54,466 bases of DNA from a virus (lineage: Duplodnaviria; Caudoviricetes). Positions 1-8,546 of the stretch are shown piece by piece. How positions within the stretch are numbered: the stretch's first letter is position 1; every line of letters starts with the position of its first letter. The translations under genes were made by a program, and so were the position numbers. The stretch spans positions 1 through 54,466 of the IMG/VR virus record IMGVR_UViG_3300031965_000432; one strand, given 5' to 3'. The notes under the pieces were generated by a model. That model ran no database searches, was not told the DNA's origin, and saw only the letters and a list, made by a program, of their open reading frames with translations.

Positions 1-637
1 TATTAGGACTACTCGACGATTTAGCGCTAGCCGTGTGGTTTATGGACGACGGCAGTTCATCGGGACCGTCGTCCGCGACGCTGTCGACGTACGCGTTACG
101 GAGCGAGGATGTTGCTCTGCTGGCGGAGCATCTGTCGGACTGCGGATTCTCCTGCAAAAGCACGCAGGGCGGAAAAGGCCCGACAGTGCGCTTTTCAGCA
201 CAAGGCGCGCGCAAACTACTAGAAACAATTTCGCCGTTCATGCACCCGGTGTTTCAATACAAACTAGACAGAAAGCCGCGCCCAAAAACTGCGCGTGTTC
301 CCCGGGTACAGGCGCGCCGACTGGCGCACTGCGCCATTTGCAACGCGCCGTTCCGCCCGTCACGATCTGCCACGACGTGTGGGAAGGAGCGATGCCGAAA
401 GGCGCTCAATGTACGGCTTGTGACGGCGCACAGGCAGCGGCAGCCCGACCAGGTTACCGAGATTATCTGCGTGATTTGTGGCGAGGTCACGGTTACGCGA
501 AGAAGGCCACGCAGCCGCCCGCTAAGTCAGACATGCAGCCGCCAGTGCCGCGCGAAGCTGTCATGGATGACACGGTTTACTGTCTCGACGTAGAGACTAA
601 TCACAACTTCTTTGCTGATGGGGTACTCGTCCATAAC
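1..637 (+). mobile_element. Intein 1 of UvrD helicase, C-terminal part (starts 53852)
   Basis: Block F/G TVYCLDVETNHNFFADGVLVHN followed by +1 Cys (638-640). Confidence 0.92.
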
Positions 638-2581
638 TGCCAAGACCTGAACCCTTTGCAGTGGGCTCTCATCGAACAATGGGCGCAGCACGCAGAACGG
701 CTCGTACTCGCGGGAGATCCGGCGCAAGCCATCTATACCCACGTCGGCGCCAGACCCGATGAACTCCTGACACCGTTGCCGGCCGATCAGAGAGCGCTCC
801 TTGGGAAGGAGCGCTCGTATCGCCTGCCCCGGGCCGTTCACGCATTCGCCGAAGACTATCTCCGGCGTGAGCATAGCCCGGCGATCATGGAGGGCCGCGA
901 CTGGAAACCGCGCGACGCGGACGGCGACGTCCGACGCGTCGGCGGCGCGTGGCAAGACGGAGAGGCTATTGCCGCGCACGCGGTTCATGCCGCGCAAGAT
1001 GGCACGGTAATGGTCTTAGCGACGTGCGCGTATATGCTGGGCCCCACTATCTCGGTCCTCCGGGATAGTGGGGAACCGTTCCATAACCCGTACCGGCGGC
1101 CCAACCCGCAATGGAATCCATTACACCGGTCCCGGAACCGGTACCAGCGCGCCGATGATGCTGATATAGGAACGTCCACGATAGATAGACTCCGCGCGTT
1201 CCTCAGCGAGGAATGGACCTGGGCGCAAGCGTGGCGGTGGCTCGAGATGTTATCCGCTCAAGGTGAACGGGGCATCTGGCAGCGTCGCGGGCTACGGGCT
1301 GACTTCGTGGAGATGGTTGAGCGTGCAGGCCGCGCGCCCATAACGATAGATGATCTCCGCGTGGGGCTTACCGACGCCGCGCTCGAGGCAGTGCGCGGAC
1401 GGGATCTACGCTGGCTGGTGGCTAGCGCCACGCAGCGATACCAGGCGCCGCTCCGCTACGGAGCGGCCGTCGTTCGACGGCACGGACCGCAGGGGCTTAC
1501 GCAGGAGCCGAAGATCATGGTAGGCACGAATCATTGCTCGCCCCCCGACGAACTGATATTGACAAAGCGGGGGCAAGTTCCCATTGCGGAACTGGTCCTA
1601 GGATTTGATCGGGTTGTCGGATACCACCGGCCAACCAACACGATTCTCGGATCTGAGGCACATAAGAGTTCACGGGGATACGACTTTCAACGATCAGAGC
1701 AGCCGTATAGCGGACCGCTGATTGTTCTTACGACGCCGCTAAGCCAAACCAGAGTAACTCCGAATCACCGCGTACTCGTTAAATTTGACGACGACGCGTT
1801 TTGCGGGCGCTGGGTCGTCTACTTAATGCGCAGAAACGACTGGTGGCGTATTGGGATCTGTGTGTCAGCGCACCGCCCGTATCGAGCTGGGGGAGTAGCG
1901 GCTCGCCTGTCGACGGAACAAGGGGACGCCGCGTGGATTCTAGCGGTCTGTGAAAGTCGTCGTGAGGCGCTAATGATGGAAGGCATGCTGCAGGCAAAAT
2001 ACGGCATCCCGGGGCTGACATTTCAGTCAGCCAAGGCGCGCGCACTAAACGACGAGGACTTGCACGTGGTCCATACCGCTAGCGCGTCGTGGGTCGGGGT
2101 GCGTGCGCACGCTGCACTAGCCGACTTGGGAATGTCCCCGAGCTGGCCCTTATACCGGCGAGGCGTTGATGAGTCTGGCAATGGCAAACGGAACATGCGG
2201 GGATGGTTTGAAACAGAGGCCGCTAACCTCGTATGCCTGAGCAACCGCGTGTGCATGGCCGTCTACACGGGAGGGCGCAAAGCAGTTCCCGCCAGAGCGA
2301 GCGTGACATCCGTCCCATATGACGGACCAGTTTTCGGGTTAGAAGTTTCTCCGCATCACCGGTATCTTAGCGGCAATGCCGTGGTTCACAACTCGGTCAA
2401 GGGGGGAGAAGGAATGACAGTGATACAGATACCGGAGATCAGCCGCGCCGCGTACGTCGACGGATTCAAACCCGGAGGTCACGACGCGAACACTAGGACG
2501 CTCTACGTCGGCCTTACGCGGGCACGTGAACGATTGTGGATAACCGGCATGAGCCGCGCTGGGTATTCGGCGGGCGTCTGA
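2..2581 (+). CDS. UvrD/PcrA-like SF1 helicase, 3' part (continues from 53281-54466); contains the end of intein 1 and all of intein 2
   Basis: After removing inteins: (DE)CQDLNPLQW, motif III LAGDPAQAIY, motif IV RSYRLP, motif V TNH|SVKGGE, motif VI LYVGLTRARERL. Frame is open from position 2. Confidence 0.93.
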   Translation: MRTTRRFSASRVVYGRRQFIGTVVRDAVDVRVTERGCCSAGGASVGLRILLQKHAGRKRPDSALFSTRRAQTTRNNFAVHAPGVSIQTRQKAAPKNCACSPGTGAPTGALRHLQRAVPPVTICHDVWEGAMPKGAQCTACDGAQAAAARPGYRDYLRDLWRGHGYAKKATQPPAKSDMQPPVPREAVMDDTVYCLDVETNHNFFADGVLVHNCQDLNPLQWALIEQWAQHAERLVLAGDPAQAIYTHVGARPDELLTPLPADQRALLGKERSYRLPRAVHAFAEDYLRREHSPAIMEGRDWKPRDADGDVRRVGGAWQDGEAIAAHAVHAAQDGTVMVLATCAYMLGPTISVLRDSGEPFHNPYRRPNPQWNPLHRSRNRYQRADDADIGTSTIDRLRAFLSEEWTWAQAWRWLEMLSAQGERGIWQRRGLRADFVEMVERAGRAPITIDDLRVGLTDAALEAVRGRDLRWLVASATQRYQAPLRYGAAVVRRHGPQGLTQEPKIMVGTNHCSPPDELILTKRGQVPIAELVLGFDRVVGYHRPTNTILGSEAHKSSRGYDFQRSEQPYSGPLIVLTTPLSQTRVTPNHRVLVKFDDDAFCGRWVVYLMRRNDWWRIGICVSAHRPYRAGGVAARLSTEQGDAAWILAVCESRREALMMEGMLQAKYGIPGLTFQSAKARALNDEDLHVVHTASASWVGVRAHAALADLGMSPSWPLYRRGVDESGNGKRNMRGWFETEAANLVCLSNRVCMAVYTGGRKAVPARASVTSVPYDGPVFGLEVSPHHRYLSGNAVVHNSVKGGEGMTVIQIPEISRAAYVDGFKPGGHDANTRTLYVGLTRARERLWITGMSRAGYSAGV
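3..593 (+). CDS. LAGLIDADG homing endonuclease with C-terminal Zn-finger repeats, 3' part (starts 54141); overprinted inside intein 1
   Basis: Second LAGLIDADG motif LAVWFMDDG, PFMHPVFQYKL, then two CxxC...C..C clusters. Different frame from the intein. Confidence 0.88.
   Translation, partial: LGLLDDLALAVWFMDDGSSSGPSSATLSTYALRSEDVALLAEHLSDCGFSCKSTQGGKGPTVRFSAQGARKLLETISPFMHPVFQYKLDRKPRPKTARVPRVQARRLAHCAICNAPFRPSRSATTCGKERCRKALNVRLVTAHRQRQPDQVTEIICVICGEVTVTRRRPRSRPLSQTCSRQCRAKLSWMTRFTVST
1535..2392 (+). mobile_element. Intein 2 of UvrD helicase (motif V) with an in-frame GIY-YIG-like central domain
   Basis: Starts CSPPDELILT, block B TPNH, ends VFGLEV...GNAVVHN|S. Removal restores TNHSVKGGE. 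Confidence 0.9.
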
Positions 2582-2847
2582 TGTCTCACACATCCCTCAA
2601 GCGCCGCATCCGCGCCGTGCTAAAGGTGCGCGGCTGCCTGCTATGGGCGAACCCTCAAGGTGGTGGAATCCTTGACTTGTCTATCTTGACGCCGGATGGC
2701 AAGTATTTAGAGGTCGACGTCAAGGTCGGCGCCGATCGGCTGAGCCCGCTGCAGCGGCACAGGATCGTGCAGCTTACGGAACGCGGCGTAGCGGCCGGCG
2801 AGGTTCGCTCGGTGGCGGAGGCGCTGGAGATGGCGGGGCTAGACTAA
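2581..2847 (+). CDS. VRR-NUC domain nuclease
   Basis: GILDL...YLEVDVK...RLSPLQ...VRSVAEA pattern; ATG overlaps the helicase stop. Confidence 0.8.
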   Translation: MSHTSLKRRIRAVLKVRGCLLWANPQGGGILDLSILTPDGKYLEVDVKVGADRLSPLQRHRIVQLTERGVAAGEVRSVAEALEMAGLD

Positions 2848-3176
2848 CGATCTTCCATGTAGAAGACGGGCTTGTCTAGCCCCTTTGCCAGTTCGATCTC
2901 CGCCTTGACTCCAACCGACTCCGCCCAGCCGTCGATCTTGAGGACCCATACTTCATCGCATGCCGCAACCATTCGACGGTCGAACTCTGCCCAGTACGCG
3001 AAGTCACCCGGCAGATCGTGCCGCGTCGCGATCATATGCGAGTGCGCGATAGGCGAGAACACCAAGTAGCCGTCGTGCATGAGCTCCGCGGCCGCGTCGA
3101 CTGCCCGACAGAAACGCCACTTCCGCACGTCAGGATCTTCGTGGCTGTATGGCGATGCTAGGTAGATGAGCTTCAT
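2844..3176 (-). CDS. DUF1937 / nucleoside deoxyribosyltransferase-like protein
   Basis: IYLASPYS...VFSPIAHSH...CDEVWVL..DGWAESVGVKAEI. Confidence 0.85.
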   Translation of the reverse strand: MKLIYLASPYSHEDPDVRKWRFCRAVDAAAELMHDGYLVFSPIAHSHMIATRHDLPGDFAYWAEFDRRMVAACDEVWVLKIDGWAESVGVKAEIELAKGLDKPVFYMEDR

Positions 3177-3304
3177 TTCAGTATCCCCCGCACCGATGCA
3201 TCGAGTTCATCCGGCGTCACGGCTTCGTCATCATCCGGCCACCACAGGAACGCCGTGATCGTGACGACGACCGCGACTATGGCCAGCAAGATCCATAAAC
3301 TCAT
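3173..3304 (-). CDS. small membrane protein (43 aa)
   Basis: Hand-translated MSLWILLAIVAVVVTITAFLWWP...; start and stop overlap both neighbours. Confidence 0.6.
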   Translation of the reverse strand: MSLWILLAIVAVVVTITAFLWWPDDDEAVTPDELDASVRGILK

Positions 3305-3597
3305 CAGGCGGCCCGTGCCTTACGGAGCTCTTCAACCGCGGCCGCTAAATCTTGGATGAGAGCCTCTTTGTGATCGTCGTCAAGGTTGTCGGAACGCGCC
3401 GCTCGCCAGAGCAATTCGTCTAGACTGGTCGGATTTAGTGAGACAAGGCGGAACGTGTGAGGGTGTCCGTTGCCCAGCGGCGTCTCGGCGGCGTGCTCCA
3501 GGTCGTCCAGATAGTTCGCGGCATGCCGAACAGACGACTCAGCGTCGTCAAGCGCATCGCGTACACGATCCAATGTCTCGTCACGGTTCCTAGCCAT
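3304..3597 (-). CDS. hypothetical protein
   Basis: AGGAGG SD before ATG at 3597; helical, charged ORF. Confidence 0.65.
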   Translation of the reverse strand: MARNRDETLDRVRDALDDAESSVRHAANYLDDLEHAAETPLGNGHPHTFRLVSLNPTSLDELLWRAARSDNLDDDHKEALIQDLAAAVEELRKARAA

Positions 3598-3615
3598 CGT
3601 TCCCCTCCTAAACAT

Positions 3616-3661
3616 CCACAGGGCTATGCCCGAAGTCGCCCTCGGGCATAGGTTCTGTGGG
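3616..3661 (-). terminator. intergenic stem-loop
   Basis: ctatgcccga/tcgggcatag stem (3624-3651) extended by ccacag/ctgtgg, directly after the stop at 3664. No clear U tract. Confidence 0.5.
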
Positions 3662-3663
3662 CT

Positions 3664-4434
3664 CTAGGCGGCCTTCTCGACCTCCTCTATGCCTGCGCCG
3701 ATCTCAACGTCGTCGAAATCCTCATCGGGATGCCCAAGTGCAGGGTTGTCCGTGTCACCGTCTTCCCCGAACAGGTCCCACTCAACAGCCGAGCCGAAGT
3801 ATTCCGACACGACCTCGATGTTGATCTCGCCCATGCGGTCAACGTCGATCACGTAAAGCCGAGCCGTCCACCCTTGAGCGAACTGAAAAGCTGGGCTGTA
3901 TGCCGTGTAACCGATCCCACTCGACGGCAGCGCGAACCAATCGATAACCTGCCCGTCAGCGGTGACGCCGCTGATGATGGTGACGTTCTCATAGAGCGCG
4001 TCGCTCGCCTCAACTACGAACCTGAGCCGCTGCCAAGGCGCACACTCTGGGTCCGACGTACCCGCAACCCACTCCTCGAGCGAGCAGTTCGGATCGAACG
4101 CTACGCCCGGAGCAACCACTGGAACCTCAGCTATCACCGGCGTCTCATCGGGCGTCGGTTCGACTGTCGGCTCTTCGGCCGGCTCAGCCGTAGGCTCTTC
4201 CGTCGGCTCCTGCGTCGGTTCTTCCTCTACCTCGCACTCGCCCCAGTAGTCATTGTCGTGCACGAGGATATGACTCCACGCACCGGCAAACGATAGATTC
4301 AACGTCTGCGCGTTCCCGTTGGCGGGAACATGGCAGATCGTGTAATCATTAGTTGCCCCGACAGGCAACGCAAACGCGACTGCAAAGGCCATGAGCGCGA
4401 TTAGCGCCACGCCTCGCGCCTTCCATCTACTCAT
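3664..4434 (-). CDS. secreted protein with signal peptide and EPT(E/A) linker repeats
   Basis: Basic plus hydrophobic N-terminus, small ICH...H..DYWGEC domain, EPTQEPTEEPTAEP repeats. Confidence 0.75.
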   Translation of the reverse strand: MSRWKARGVALIALMAFAVAFALPVGATNDYTICHVPANGNAQTLNLSFAGAWSHILVHDNDYWGECEVEEEPTQEPTEEPTAEPAEEPTVEPTPDETPVIAEVPVVAPGVAFDPNCSLEEWVAGTSDPECAPWQRLRFVVEASDALYENVTIISGVTADGQVIDWFALPSSGIGYTAYSPAFQFAQGWTARLYVIDVDRMGEINIEVVSEYFGSAVEWDLFGEDGDTDNPALGHPDEDFDDVEIGAGIEEVEKAA

Positions 4435-4715
4435 CTACTCGACTCCTCTTGTGACTGCCCGGAAACACTCCGGGCAGGTATCACCGTAGTAAAATCGGCC
4501 AATAGCGCAATCACCGCGTCGGCGGCGCGAAACTCGTCGACATATAGGCGTTCATTGCCCTCGTCGTCTGCGACGATCTCGCCACCTCCTAACATAATCA
4601 CCCGCGCCAACCGATTGCGGAACTCGGCGTTTAGTTCGTAGCTGGCAACCTCACGCAATCGCTCACCCATGCCAGCCGCTTCGACGCGCTTGATCACCAG
4701 CACAACGTCGCTCAC
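4431..4715 (-). CDS. hypothetical protein
   Basis: Coupled ORF in the minus-strand operon. Confidence 0.6.
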   Translation of the reverse strand: MSDVVLVIKRVEAAGMGERLREVASYELNAEFRNRLARVIMLGGGEIVADDEGNERLYVDEFRAADAVIALLADFTTVIPARSVSGQSQEESSR

Positions 4716-5413
4716 GGATTCGCCCTCCTGAATTCAATTCGCCACACCCAGGGATTCGTGTCCCACGCGCCCTTGCCGTGGATGCGCTCCCAGAGCGATG
4801 AAAAGTTGCCTACAGGATCGTTAGCGGCATACTCCACGCCCTCACGTCCCACATCTTCGGCCGTGATCTCCTGCAACCGCTCAGCCCGCACGCTCACGAT
4901 TTCGAGCACCGTGCGGCAAGCCCAGCGCGGCATGAAGATTGGCGGGTTTGCGCCTAGCCAGTAATTACGCTTGCGTGTCGCGCGTTTGCCCTCACCCTCA
5001 AGCGCTCCATAGCGCTCGGCCCACTCAAGGCGGTCGCGTTCCGGTGGATTACGCCAGCCAACATCGCCCGCTTCGAAGTCGTTGCCAGGCTTGCCACTGG
5101 CGTTCGACCAACAAATCAGGTAGGCAGTAGGCGGCTGACTGAAATCCATATCCGCCAGCCACCAGCGCTCGCGAACCCACAATTGATCGGTGGGATCGCC
5201 ATATGGACAGAACACACGCTGTCGCGTCCCGTCGTCGTATGGCACCTTCAAATACTGCGAATCGAACGCAGTGGCGCGCTCCATCGTCCACGTGCTCAGG
5301 TCAGGAGACCATCCCGACCATTTCGGCTTCACGATCCGCCGCGTCACGGTCTTGGTCCCGTTGTGCACCTTCGCCGCTAGATCGGGCGTGAATATGATCG
5401 GTCGCTCCTTCAC
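4712..5413 (-). CDS. ASCH/PUA-like phage protein (MKERPI.F family)
   Basis: KERPIIF...GTKTVTRR...CPYG...LWVRE...IFMPRWACR..LEI..VRAERLQEI...NPWVWRIEF. Confidence 0.85.
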   Translation of the reverse strand: MKERPIIFTPDLAAKVHNGTKTVTRRIVKPKWSGWSPDLSTWTMERATAFDSQYLKVPYDDGTRQRVFCPYGDPTDQLWVRERWWLADMDFSQPPTAYLICWSNASGKPGNDFEAGDVGWRNPPERDRLEWAERYGALEGEGKRATRKRNYWLGANPPIFMPRWACRTVLEIVSVRAERLQEITAEDVGREGVEYAANDPVGNFSSLWERIHGKGAWDTNPWVWRIEFRRANP

Positions 5414-5730
5414 GCGCCACCGTCCTCATGGGCTAGCGCGGCGCGGGCGATGCGCTGGGCTGCGTCTTTGATCTCAACCCGTCTGCCATCTCCATGAATT
5501 GCGGTTGCGCCATCTAGCGCTTCGATAATTTCCAGCGCCGCCTCCAGCCGCTCGATCTCCGCGAGGAGCCAGCGCGAATCCTGTGCGACACGGACGACGT
5601 GCACCGTTGGAAGTTGCAACAGGTAATCGTCGGCAAGCCGTTGCACGACGCTAGCCGTTTGCTCGAAGTCGATCAGCCGCGCCCGAATCGCCTCCAGCCT
5701 CGCCGCGCGGTCGGTTGGTTCAGCGGTCAC
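5410..5730 (-). CDS. hypothetical protein
   Basis: RLEAIRARL...WLLAEIERL motifs common in phage early genes; coupled. Confidence 0.65.
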   Translation of the reverse strand: MTAEPTDRAARLEAIRARLIDFEQTASVVQRLADDYLLQLPTVHVVRVAQDSRWLLAEIERLEAALEIIEALDGATAIHGDGRRVEIKDAAQRIARAALAHEDGGA

Positions 5731-6038
5731 TAGTTGCGCTCCCTTGCAGCGCGGAGCATGGCCTCAACGTACCTCTTCCCGGCTGCGTTCAAACGAAACC
5801 GAGGCTCTTTGGTGTCTTTATCCCAATTCCAGTCCATCAATCCCCGCAGAATGTTGTCGATCATGCTCTGCTGGAGTTTTATTCCCTTTGCATAATCCAA
5901 CAGCGATTGCAGTTCGACTTCGCTGTGTGAGGAAGTTGACAACGCGCTCAGGATTAGCCGCTCCGCTTCGTCGTCGCTTACCGCGCGTCCAAGCTGGTTA
6001 GCCAGTGCCAACAACTCGTCGCCTTTATCGTCAGCCAT
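5730..6038 (-). CDS. hypothetical protein
   Basis: GGAGG SD; coupled. Confidence 0.6.
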   Translation of the reverse strand: MADDKGDELLALANQLGRAVSDDEAERLILSALSTSSHSEVELQSLLDYAKGIKLQQSMIDNILRGLMDWNWDKDTKEPRFRLNAAGKRYVEAMLRAARERN

Positions 6039-6288
6039 CCGTCACCTCCTTGGCCTGTTGCGCGTATAGCGCGTTGAGAATGTAACTTCTGTGCCAATCC
6101 GCTACGTAGGGCCAAACGGCTTTCATAGCCCACTCCGGCCACACCCAACCCGGCTTCGGGCTCCGTTCGTGGCAGGATATGCACGGCGTAAACGATTGGA
6201 GCGCACCGGCCTTGATCGGCGGCTCCTGCCCGTCACCGTGGCACCGATCACACAGCACCAGCTCAATCACGAGCGCGTCACTTCTCAT
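6031..6288 (-). CDS. hypothetical protein with CxxCxGxG Zn-ribbon
   Basis: CDRCHGDG...CISC; GGAGG upstream of ATG 6288. Confidence 0.6.
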   Translation of the reverse strand: MRSDALVIELVLCDRCHGDGQEPPIKAGALQSFTPCISCHERSPKPGWVWPEWAMKAVWPYVADWHRSYILNALYAQQAKEVTDG

Positions 6289-6331
6289 CGCTTCCCTCCT
6301 CGACCGGCTGCCATTGTCACGTCGTCGGGAG

Positions 6332-6724
6332 TCACTTCGCACCGCGAATGCTTCGGAAGTGGTCAACGGTTTTACGCACGATGTTGTCGCCCGGCTCGTG
6401 CGCACTGAGCTTCTGCACCGTGTTATGCGAAATATCAGCCACTTCAGCAGCACTCAACGGCGCAAGGGCAGCACGTCGTGCAGCTTCGGCTCGGAGTGTC
6501 CCGTTGAATTCCCACAGCACTTGAACGTCCTCTGCGGTAAGCGGTCCACTTCTGTCAACGTGGCCGCTTGGCAGGCACGCCGCCAGCGCCTCCGCCCTCA
6601 CAGCCGCGATTAGGGCGTCGAGTTTTGCCTTTACCTCTGCACGCTCAGTCCCTTCGACGAGGCCCGCCAAGATAGCTACATTGGCCAGGAATTCCTCCCT
6701 CAGCCGCTCGACTTCGGTGCTCAT
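6332..6724 (-). CDS. hypothetical protein
   Basis: ATGA overlap with the upstream gene at 6721-6724. Confidence 0.55.
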   Translation of the reverse strand: MSTEVERLREEFLANVAILAGLVEGTERAEVKAKLDALIAAVRAEALAACLPSGHVDRSGPLTAEDVQVLWEFNGTLRAEAARRAALAPLSAAEVADISHNTVQKLSAHEPGDNIVRKTVDHFRSIRGAK

Positions 6725-7011
6725 TTCGCCCCCTGTGCCGCCATCAGCGCGGCTTCGAGGCAAGCGCGGGCGTCGTCACGCCACATTTGGCGTATATGTT
6801 TGTCCATACGCCGCCCATCGTCCCAGTCCTGCGCAGTCCAACCGTGCCGCAAAGCTGCCGCCCGCGCCCCAGCCTCGACCACGTGGTCGGGAAGTTGGCG
6901 GGGATCGAGAACGTCAACTTCCGGCGAAATCACGCCGTCTGTTTCAGTCAGATGGATCTGCCCGTCCGGCCATCGATCGGCCTGCACCCACACCCTCATT
7001 GAGTCGCTCAT
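6721..7011 (-). CDS. hypothetical protein
   Basis: VEAGARA...WRDDARACLEAAL motif; coupled. Confidence 0.6.
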   Translation of the reverse strand: MSDSMRVWVQADRWPDGQIHLTETDGVISPEVDVLDPRQLPDHVVEAGARAAALRHGWTAQDWDDGRRMDKHIRQMWRDDARACLEAALMAAQGAK

Positions 7012-7097
7012 CGCCCCACTCCTGATACCGCCACGAACAGCAGCACCATCGCCAGCGCCATGAGCGACCACGAGGTTACGCTATAGAACCGGGTCAT
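7008..7097 (-). CDS. tiny hydrophobic peptide (29 aa)
   Basis: MTRFYSVTSWSLMALAMVLLFVAVSGVGR; ATGA overlaps on both sides. Confidence 0.5.
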   Translation of the reverse strand: MTRFYSVTSWSLMALAMVLLFVAVSGVGR

Positions 7098-7267
7098 CGT
7101 CGCAACCTTTCTATGTCTGAACGTCGAACCTTCACCCGGCCACGCCGGATGAACCGTCCGTCAATCACCGTCTCCAGCTTGCCTGCGGCGATCAGGTTTC
7201 GAACCGTCTGATGGTGTACACCTAAGAGCCGCGCCGCTTCGGCGACGGTTATTAGGTCGTCGCTCAT
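7094..7267 (-). CDS. excisionase-like helix-turn-helix protein
   Basis: Hand-translated MSDDLITVAEAARLLGVHHQTVRNLIAAGKL...VRRSDIERL; not in the ORF track. Confidence 0.85.
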   Translation of the reverse strand: MSDDLITVAEAARLLGVHHQTVRNLIAAGKLETVIDGRFIRRGRVKVRRSDIERLRR

Positions 7268-7740
7268 ACGTCACTCGCCGTGAACTCTGTGTCCGTTGCC
7301 GATTCCGATGGCCTCGGGAGCACGTTTTGCACCAACGCCTCAGGTGGCACCTCGTGCAAGACCTGCCCGCTGGGCAGCACTAAGTAAGGCAAAAACGTTA
7401 CCGCCATCCCTTCCCACAGCACCCCCTCAAGTATTGCCTTTAGGTGATACACGAGAGCGCGCCATGCCTGCATACGCGCCTTGATGATTAACGATCGATC
7501 CGGATTAGGATCTTGTCGATAGAAGCCTCGCTCCCGAATGGGCAACGGTCGCCGGGTTAGTCGGTAGGTGCGATCTTCAAACTCGAAATAAATCTCGCCC
7601 TCGCCAGTGGCGGATCGTCTCAACCCAACGGACGACGCGCCCCATTTTTCGAGTAGCGCCATGACGGCGTACTGTGACTTCGCCTCATCGACCGACGTGC
7701 CCCAATACGGCGCATCTTGCGCGTAAACGGTTTGGCTCAT
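7264..7740 (-). CDS. conserved phage hypothetical protein
   Basis: TSV...KSQ..V..LLEKWGA...QAWRAL...LKA.LE...FLPYL.LPSGQ pattern. Confidence 0.75.
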   Translation of the reverse strand: MSQTVYAQDAPYWGTSVDEAKSQYAVMALLEKWGASSVGLRRSATGEGEIYFEFEDRTYRLTRRPLPIRERGFYRQDPNPDRSLIIKARMQAWRALVYHLKAILEGVLWEGMAVTFLPYLVLPSGQVLHEVPPEALVQNVLPRPSESATDTEFTASDV

Positions 7741-7901
7741 CGAACCTTCCTCTCTGAGCACACCGGGCACCGTACGTAGTGCCGTCCCTCGGCCGCTACG
7801 GTAGTGATCGGGTTATGCCGCTTGAGCCAAGTGAACTCGCGGTCCGGCGCCCAAATCGTGCCCAGCCCGCCGCACCGCATGCAGTAGTTTCGTCGTGGCA
7901 T
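7737..7901 (-). CDS. small Zn-ribbon protein (54 aa)
   Basis: MPRRNYCMRCGGLG...RCPVCS; GGAGG SD; first gene after the leftward promoter. Confidence 0.65.
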   Translation of the reverse strand: MPRRNYCMRCGGLGTIWAPDREFTWLKRHNPITTVAAEGRHYVRCPVCSERKVR

Positions 7902-7930
7902 CGAACACCCTCCGAACTCGTTACATGCCT

Positions 7931-7959
7931 ACGATAACGCACGTACGCTAGCTGCGCAA
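7931..7959 (-). promoter_or_regulatory. leftward sigma70-type promoter
   Basis: TTGCGC-17-TATCGT on the minus strand. Confidence 0.55.
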
Positions 7960-7982
7960 GTGAATTATTACGGCGAGAATCT

Positions 7983-8027
7983 CGTCAGAACCTCTTGACG
8001 GGGCGCGATTGTCAGAGTATATTGACA
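7983..8027 (+). promoter_or_regulatory. rightward promoter with two palindromic operators
   Basis: TTGACG(7995)-17-TATATT(8018); CGTCA-N8-TGACG (7983-8000) and TGTCA-N8-TGACA (8010-8027). Confidence 0.75.
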
Positions 8028-8056
8028 GTGTGGAGTTGAGAGACGGGAGCAACGAA

Positions 8057-8275
8057 ATGAAGACCGCATTCGTACGACACCAGCCGAGCGGCGAGATTTA
8101 CGCAGTCGAGATAGACAGCACCGGCGACGTTATGCGAGCGGCCGGACCCGTACCATTCAGTCGGCGATTCAGCGACCCAGCCGACTGGATCAGCAACGCG
8201 CCTAACGCGCTAGACGATGGCGAGTGGCTCCGGTACGAGCCGATTAGTTTCTACGACGCCCCCGGCCGCGTCTAG
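8057..8275 (+). CDS. hypothetical protein
   Basis: GGGAG SD, ATG 8057, directly downstream of the promoter. Confidence 0.65.
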   Translation: MKTAFVRHQPSGEIYAVEIDSTGDVMRAAGPVPFSRRFSDPADWISNAPNALDDGEWLRYEPISFYDAPGRV

Positions 8276-8276
8276 G

Positions 8277-8546
8277 ATGGTTGCCCCAACCCTCACCTTC
8301 GACATGTACACGATCCGCGATATCGCGGAGGCGCTCGAGGTCAACGTTGACGCCGTCTATCAGTGGCGGCATCGCGGCCAGATGCCCGAACCTGACGGAC
8401 GGATCGGCGGGACGTGGGTATGGTTCGAGACGACTATCCGCCCGTGGTTGGAGGCTCGATCCACCACGTCACCGACTGCCGACCCCACTGAGCGACGCAC
8501 GTCCAATAATCCCAGTCGCCGCAGAAGCCGAAGCGGTCACGGATAA
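8277..8546 (+). CDS. AlpA/MerR-like HTH transcriptional regulator
   Basis: YTIRDIAEALEVNVDAVYQWRHRGQMPEPD..IGGTWVW....IRPW. Confidence 0.8.
   Translation: MVAPTLTFDMYTIRDIAEALEVNVDAVYQWRHRGQMPEPDGRIGGTWVWFETTIRPWLEARSTTSPTADPTERRTSNNPSRRRSRSGHG

Noticed and set aside
7094-7267. Excisionase-like HTH as evidence for lysogeny
   Set aside because: No tyrosine or serine integrase or att site was recognised, and this HTH type is common without integration.
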